A stretch of 32,000 nucleotides of DNA from Candidatus Scalindua sp. Lineage in GTDB: Bacteria > Planctomycetota > Brocadiia > Brocadiales > Scalinduaceae. Below are positions 27,441 to 32,000 of this stretch, piece by piece; positions within the stretch are counted from its first letter, which is position 1, and every line of letters begins with the position of its first letter. Below the pieces are notes generated by a model, which made no database searches, was not told where the DNA came from, and saw only the letters and a program-made list of their open reading frames with translations. Made by a program: the position numbers and the translations under genes. Where the stretch lies: assembly GCA_031316235.1 (NCBI GenBank), contig JALDRA010000001.1, forward strand, positions 1,410,001 to 1,442,000, read 5' to 3'.

Positions 27441-27620
27441 AGCTCACATTCAATTGTTCCGGTTAATAGATTAAAAGGTGGATTATAAATATTTTTGCAG
27501 ATATTGTAAAGTAAGTTGTGTAAATTTTAATGAAGTGCTCATATCCCGGTATCCTTATCTTCCATCATGACTTAGACAACCACATCGAGGTACTGTCCAA
27601 ATGGTTACCTGAAGGAGTAT

Positions 27621-27977
27621 TTACTGAGGCAACGGTTTCAACACAAAATTGTCTTCTTTTTCAACTAAAACAAATTTCTGAGCGCACAATGGACACCTCT
27701 CCTCGTTCCCCACCGAGGGACTTTTCCCAAAGTCAACTGCCCAGCCACACACTAAACAATAGAGACCTACCGTATGATCTTCTGACTCAATAGCCTGGAT
27801 AACTTTTTTAAATGCTTCTTTGTGCCCCTTTGCAGCCCGGGCAAGATGGTTAAAGATCTGCCTGACCTTTGAATCAACAGATTCCATAACGCACTGTTTA
27901 TAAAGCTGTTCCCGTTCCTCTTCTCTTTCCATATTACTCTGAAGCAATTCTATAATGGTTTTAAATCCTTCCCGCAT
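27621..27977 (-). CDS. Hypothetical protein: helical N-terminal part plus C-terminal CxxC...CxxC zinc ribbon
   Basis: 118 aa with SD GAGGAAG upstream. C-terminus is CLVCGWAVDFG...CPLCAQKF. The N-terminal helices vaguely resemble a ferritin/rubrerythrin-like helix pair but lack ExxH. Confidence 0.6.
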   Translation of the reverse strand: MREGFKTIIELLQSNMEREEEREQLYKQCVMESVDSKVRQIFNHLARAAKGHKEAFKKVIQAIESEDHTVGLYCLVCGWAVDFGKSPSVGNEERCPLCAQKFVLVEKEDNFVLKPLPQ

Positions 27978-28001
27978 ATTATCTTCCTCACTCTAAAGAT
28001 A

Positions 28002-28199
28002 TCAACTCCCTAATCTCCGAATCTCTCCCTCAATTTCTGTCCTGAGGATCACTTCATTATGCAAAATACCTTCAAGAAGAGAATTAACAGCAGGATCATT
28101 TAAAGTCTTTATCTGGTCTGAGTAACGCTTGATTGTCTGCTCAATTTCCCCGATGGCCATTGTTAAATTTTTTCTTTCTCTCTCCCTGTTTCTGCTCAT
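28002..28199 (-). CDS. Hypothetical small helical protein (52-65 aa)
   Basis: ORF ends 24 nt upstream of the zinc-ribbon gene, so they are probably co-transcribed. Alternative start at 28160 (MAIGEIEQ...). No recognisable family. Confidence 0.45.
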   Translation of the reverse strand: MSRNRERERKNLTMAIGEIEQTIKRYSDQIKTLNDPAVNSLLEGILHNEVILRTEIEGEIRRLGS

Positions 28200-28223
28200 G
28201 GCAATTGTGTACCCTTCTTGAAT

Positions 28224-28355
28224 GTATACTGAAACCGATTTGATTTTTATACTTTCCTAAAAACCAAGGCCTGATTGCCGGTATCCCCGGACAAAAAACA
28301 CCGAGGACTTTCCCCCTTCCGTTTTTTTCCGGATTTTATCCGAAATCCAGTATAA
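28224..28355 (-). repeat. Structured intergenic repeat, copy B (132 nt, inverted relative to A and C)
   Basis: Its reverse complement aligns with 22326-22456 end to end. Bounded by a perfect 7-bp inverted repeat TATACTG (28225-31) / CAGTATA (28348-54). Confidence 0.85.
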
Positions 28356-28391
28356 GATGAGGACGCCCCAAAATATGATAGAAAGACTGCT

Positions 28392-28431
28392 CAACAAAAA
28401 TCGCAGGGCTGAGAAGGTTCTCAGCCCTGCG
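28392..28431 (-). terminator. Rho-independent terminator of the cytochrome c pair
   Basis: CGCAGGGCTGAGAA/TTCTCAGCCCTGCG near-perfect palindrome (28402-28431), followed on the minus strand by TTTTTGTTG. It starts 41 nt after the cytochrome c stop. Confidence 0.85.
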
Positions 28432-28471
28432 TATGGTAAACCAAAGACGAAAAAATAACCAGAATTTTCTT

Positions 28472-28822
28472 CTATTTGCGCTTTCTCTTTGGAGCAAAAA
28501 ATCTTACATACTTCACCATAGCCTTAATCTCTTCCGCGCTCAAATTACCTTCCTGTTTCGGCATCTTGTTCTTTCCATGAGTTATGGATTTCTCCAACTC
28601 TTCGTCAGTAACAGAATCCTGCCAGGCAGCATCAGTAAAATCGGGAGCTCCAAGTTTCTGACCTCTCTTTGACCCCTTGCCATCAAGTCCATGGCATTTC
28701 CTGCACTCATTCTTGTAGATCTTTTTATAATCAATTTCTCCGCCAGAAGCCTTCGAAAGCTGAAATGAAGTCAAGGACACTATCAGCATTATAATACCGC
28801 CATAAACAACGCCGCTTCTCAT
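28472..28822 (-). CDS. Monoheme class I c-type cytochrome (secreted)
   Basis: 116 aa with SD GGAGGTG, a signal peptide, a single CRKCH heme motif, a distal Met candidate (KNKMP) and a basic tail. Confidence 0.85.
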   Translation of the reverse strand: MRSGVVYGGIIMLIVSLTSFQLSKASGGEIDYKKIYKNECRKCHGLDGKGSKRGQKLGAPDFTDAAWQDSVTDEELEKSITHGKNKMPKQEGNLSAEEIKAMVKYVRFFAPKRKRK

Positions 28823-28912
28823 ATTTCAACACCTCCAAGGTAAAATTTTGTGTATCGAAATTACAGATAACCAGTCTCCATAAAAAGTCTCGATTTGTCA
28901 GCCCTTCCGCAT

Positions 28913-29257
28913 TCATTCCTTTCCAAATGCCCTTATTACCGGTATCAGGGCCACCATCTCTTCATGCGTAAGCTTATCCTTAAAGGGAAACATCGTACCT
29001 TCTGATCCGTTGGTAATTTGCTTGATGATGGCCTCATCAGTTATAGAGCTCTGGAACTCCTTGTTGGTAAAATCCCGTGCCCCGAGCCCCTCTCCCAGGT
29101 CTGTTTTCCCCTTGCCGTCTTCTCCATGACAGATAACACAGTGTTTCTTAAACAATTCCTGCGCATCGATCTCATCAGCAAACACTTTCGATGTTACAAA
29201 ATAACTTACCGCCAGTTGAATCATTATTACCAGACATCCTCGTAAAAATATCTTCAT
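28913..29257 (-). CDS. Monoheme class I c-type cytochrome (secreted), paralog of 28472..28822
   Basis: Heme motif CVICH and distal Met candidate (GTMFP). It aligns with the neighbour around EID...C..CHG.DGKG...LGA.DFT...Q.S.TDE. Start placed at ATG 29257, 5 nt after AAGGAGG, giving signal peptide MKIFLRGCLVIMIQLAVSYFVTSKVFA. Confidence 0.85.
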   Translation of the reverse strand: MKIFLRGCLVIMIQLAVSYFVTSKVFADEIDAQELFKKHCVICHGEDGKGKTDLGEGLGARDFTNKEFQSSITDEAIIKQITNGSEGTMFPFKDKLTHEEMVALIPVIRAFGKE

Positions 29258-29334
29258 TTTTTCCTCCTTCATTTAAAATCTTCTTATATAAAATAACATA
29301 CTCCTGTGCTGTTTATTGACAGTTTTATACTCAT

Positions 29335-29438
29335 CTCATAATGGTTTTCGAATAAAATCCGAGATAAAATGGAGCGAGTATACCTTCACCAAGATTTAGT
29401 TTCCGGTAAAACCGAAAACCAAATCGGTTTTAGTATAA
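29335..29438 (+). repeat. Structured intergenic repeat, copy C (104 nt, shorter variant)
   Basis: The 5' ~46 nt and 3' ~28 nt align with copy A (about 80% and 75% by hand count). The central part is shorter and divergent but preserves the bulged helix. A TTGACA (29315-20) lies 15 nt upstream of its CATAAT 5' edge. Confidence 0.75.
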
Positions 29439-29474
29439 CTCAGCCCTCACAACAGGGTTTTCCGCATTCGGGCA

Positions 29475-30884
29475 CTAATTTGGCAGCCCTGGTTGCGTCA
29501 TTGATTCAAGGGAGAGAGCCTGTTCAATCTTCTCTTCAGACATCAACCCCCACTTTAAAACAATCTCTTTTATCGGCATACCCGTTAAGCTTGATTCTTT
29601 TGCGACCTCTGCCGCCTTTGAATACCCTATGTAAGGGTTCAAAGCAGTTACAACAGCAAAACTATTTATTGCATATTGATAACATCTCTCTTTATCCGCC
29701 GTGATTCCGACTGCACACTTGTTAATAAAAACTTTTAGTGCGTTTGCAATAATCGATATCGAGTCCAGCAATTTGTACTGCATCAGGGGCATCATTACGT
29801 TCAGTTCAAGTTGACCAGCCTGTGCCGCCATCGTAATCGCCAGGTCGTTGCCAATCACTGAAAAACAGACCATAGTCAGCATCTCAGCCATTACAGGGTT
29901 CACCTTTGCCGGCATGATCGAAGAGCCCGGCTGCACTGCCGGCAGATGTATCTCGCTTAAGCCGGTCCTGGGACCGGAACTCAACATTCGTAAATCGTTT
30001 GCAATTCTGATGAGCTCCACCACAAAGACCTTTAAAGAGCCTGAAACCTCAGCAATAGATGCATTGCTTTGCATAGCCTCAAAACGATTTGACGCACCTC
30101 TTACCGGGATTTTTGTCATTTTCTGAAGTTCACGAATAATCCTTACCGCATACTCGGGATGGGTATTGAGCCCTGTTCCGACTGCGGTTCCCCCGATCCC
30201 CAGTTCATACAACGAAGCACTTGAGTTTTCAATTCTCTCAGCAGACTTCGAAACAGCATCTGCATAGCCTGAAAACTCCTGACCAAGTCTGACAGGCGAA
30301 GCGTCTTGTAGATGGGTCCTTCCAGACTTAATAATTGTACTGAATTCCTCGGCCTTCCTGTTAAGAACATCTACTAACTCGTCCATTACAGGAATGAGCT
30401 CCTTCAGTACCAGCAATGCTGCAATTCTCATCGCAGTGGGAAACACGTCATTTGTTGATTGCCCGCAGTTAACATGGTCATTCGGATGAACAATAGAGTA
30501 GTCTCCCTTCTTTCCACCCAGACCTTCAATTGCAATATTGGCTATCACCTCATTTACATTCATGTTAAATGAAGTTCCAGCACCTGCCTGATAAACATCC
30601 ACCACAAATTGATCCTGAAATTCCCCCTTCAAGATCCTGTCGGCAGCCTGGATGATCATTTCACTTCTTGCCTTATTCAAACACCCAAGCTCGTTATTTA
30701 CCTTTGCCGCGGCCTTTTTTATATAGACCATAGACTCCGTAAATTTGGGGTGAGGCCTTATACCGCTTATTGGAAAGTTTTCCAACGCCCTCACTGTCTG
30801 AGCGCCATAATAAGAGTCTTTTGGGACCCTTATTTCTCCTAAAGTATCGTGCTCTATACGAAACTGGTTGTCTGTTGTTTCCAT
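29475..30884 (-). CDS. aspA: Aspartate ammonia-lyase (class II fumarase/aspartase family)
   Basis: 469 aa with signature GSSIMPAKVNPVM (the Ala variant typical of aspartases), N-terminal IEHDTLGEIRVP..YYGAQT.RA.ENF and NDHVNCGQSTND. A class II fumarase is not fully excluded. Confidence 0.85.
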   Translation of the reverse strand: METTDNQFRIEHDTLGEIRVPKDSYYGAQTVRALENFPISGIRPHPKFTESMVYIKKAAAKVNNELGCLNKARSEMIIQAADRILKGEFQDQFVVDVYQAGAGTSFNMNVNEVIANIAIEGLGGKKGDYSIVHPNDHVNCGQSTNDVFPTAMRIAALLVLKELIPVMDELVDVLNRKAEEFSTIIKSGRTHLQDASPVRLGQEFSGYADAVSKSAERIENSSASLYELGIGGTAVGTGLNTHPEYAVRIIRELQKMTKIPVRGASNRFEAMQSNASIAEVSGSLKVFVVELIRIANDLRMLSSGPRTGLSEIHLPAVQPGSSIMPAKVNPVMAEMLTMVCFSVIGNDLAITMAAQAGQLELNVMMPLMQYKLLDSISIIANALKVFINKCAVGITADKERCYQYAINSFAVVTALNPYIGYSKAAEVAKESSLTGMPIKEIVLKWGLMSEEKIEQALSLESMTQPGLPN

Positions 30885-30916
30885 AAGGATTTCACATTAT
30901 GCAATTCAGGCATACT

Positions 30917-31291
30917 TTAATCACTCTTTATCCGAGCAGTGCCCTCCCAGAGACCATGGAGATTGCAGCGGCTTACGGCCCTCAACGTTGAATCAAGACC
31001 GTGATGACTCAGTTTGAGAGGTATCGTAATCTTAGGTTTCGTCATCACCGGTACAAAATCAAACCTGCCGAGATAGACCGATCCGATATAAAATTCTATC
31101 CATTGAATAAAGTGTTCGTTTTCGTTTGAATGCTCGGTCTCACCGACCGTAATTGTAACGTCAAAAAACTCTCCTGTTTTTACTACTTCAGGTACATCAA
31201 TTACCGGTACGTGTTTTTTGGCCAATGGGGAATCCTTCTCCGCATCAGCAGGGATATTAACCTTACAAAATAGCGCTTTTTCGTTTATCAC
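30917..31291 (-). CDS. Superoxide reductase (neelaredoxin / 1Fe-SOR type)
   Basis: 124 aa, GTG start 7 nt after AGGAG. Motifs KHVPVI, H-x5-H (HSNENEH), FIQWIEFY and CNLHGLWEG. No N-terminal desulforedoxin CxxC domain. Confidence 0.85.
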   Translation of the reverse strand: MINEKALFCKVNIPADAEKDSPLAKKHVPVIDVPEVVKTGEFFDVTITVGETEHSNENEHFIQWIEFYIGSVYLGRFDFVPVMTKPKITIPLKLSHHGLDSTLRAVSRCNLHGLWEGTARIKSD

Positions 31292-31924
31292 ATTTTTCTC
31301 CTAATCTTTCATACAGTAAATTAAATTTGACAATTTCTCTTTTTTTGCTTCTACCTGATACAGCACAATTAACGTGCCAAAACATGAGGAATCATTGAAC
31401 AACACTCTGTTTGGAGATAGCATTTCCACGTTACCTTGAATTACGATAACATTGTATCCCCTTTATACTCCCTGATGCTCATAGGCCCGCAGAGGATACA
31501 ACATTGGTTCGACGCAGTGAGATTTGCCGTGATTGGTTGCTGGATGAAGTGCCTGGGCCCCTTCACTCTCTTCAGGTTTTCTTAAAAATTACTGGAATAC
31601 CGTCTAATAATCTGGATTTTACTCTTCAGGATATTATGGTATTTTCTGAGTATGTTTTACGGTAGAGTCAAACATCTACCCTTCAAAAAAAGATAGGGCA
31701 GCTTCATGAAAAACCAGGCAGAGACGTTAAATCGTTAAATCTTACACCTCAGGCTGCCAGGTTCATTTCGTCGCTTTCCCTCCTATACCTTCTCTCCTGA
31801 CAACTTGACGTCGGCAGTCTTTACCCTGATTCCAGACTTTATGCCTGCAGCACATATGGTTTTTTCTGCTTAAAACTCTCAAATCCCCCACTTCTCCTGT
31901 CAGAGGGACTGATACAAAAGTTCA

Positions 31925-32000
31925 TTATTCAAACTCATTTCCTGCAGCCTCAATCATTCTCTTCATGGTATTTACGGCGTTATATTGTGTCCCTTTCCAG
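31925..32000 (-). CDS. C-terminal end of an unidentified gene (continues right of window)
   Basis: The minus-strand frame is open from the window edge: WKGTQYNAVNTMKRMIEAAGNEFE*. Only 24 codons are visible, so no family can be assigned. Confidence 0.35.
   Translation of the reverse strand, partial: WKGTQYNAVNTMKRMIEAAGNEFE

Noticed and set aside
28305-28313. GGAAAGTCC (minus strand) inside repeat copy B, resembling the RNase P RNA CR-I motif GAGGAAAGTCCGGGC.
   Set aside because: It is only a 9-mer, is not conserved in copies A or C (A has GTAAAATCC), and no other RNase P conserved regions are nearby.
1-32000. Window-wide search for CRISPR arrays, rRNA, IS or transposase genes, integrases, toxin-antitoxin pairs, restriction-modification or other defence genes.
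   Set aside because: None seen: no regularly spaced direct repeats, and no ORFs with transposase, integrase, nuclease or methyltransferase signatures.

Overview
Densely coded, moderately AT-rich chromosomal segment, mostly housekeeping. I found no phage, IS, integrase, CRISPR or recognisable defence genes. Left to right: ABC ATPase fragment, ilvE, lspA, a DksA/TraR zinc-finger protein, clpX, a degenerate receiver protein translationally coupled to PBP4 (dacB), ssrA (tmRNA) with smpB, tRNA-Leu(CAG), and an orphan multi-TM PAS histidine kinase. Then a proteostasis block (groEL without groES, hsp20, lon) whose lon overlaps argH, which overlaps lysA. Next a GAF-GGDEF cyclase directly upstream of a priming sugar transferase, a divergent RmlD-like reductase, a secreted thioredoxin-like protein, a DUF445 membrane protein, a DJ-1/PfpI protein and a SWIB-domain protein. 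The right end carries folD, a TusA-like protein, two small unknown genes, two tandem monoheme cytochromes c, aspA and a superoxide reductase. This content would fit an anaerobic PVC/Planctomycetota-type bacterium, which is inference only. The most unusual signal is non-coding: three copies of a ~105-132 nt structured intergenic repeat at 22326-22456, 28224-28355 and 29335-29438. Two of them are inverted and bracket the cytochrome c pair, and the family shows a conserved bulged helix with one compensatory base-pair swap. I cannot match it to any family I know. Other points: a pseudo-receiver/PBP4 pair, a long GC-rich structured leader before hsp20, TGTCA/TGACA inverted repeats before the orphan groEL, an lspA lacking a canonical start for its first TM helix, and four ORF-poor stretches of about 0.5-0.8 kb. 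All coordinates and motifs were read by eye; no searches or folding programs were run.
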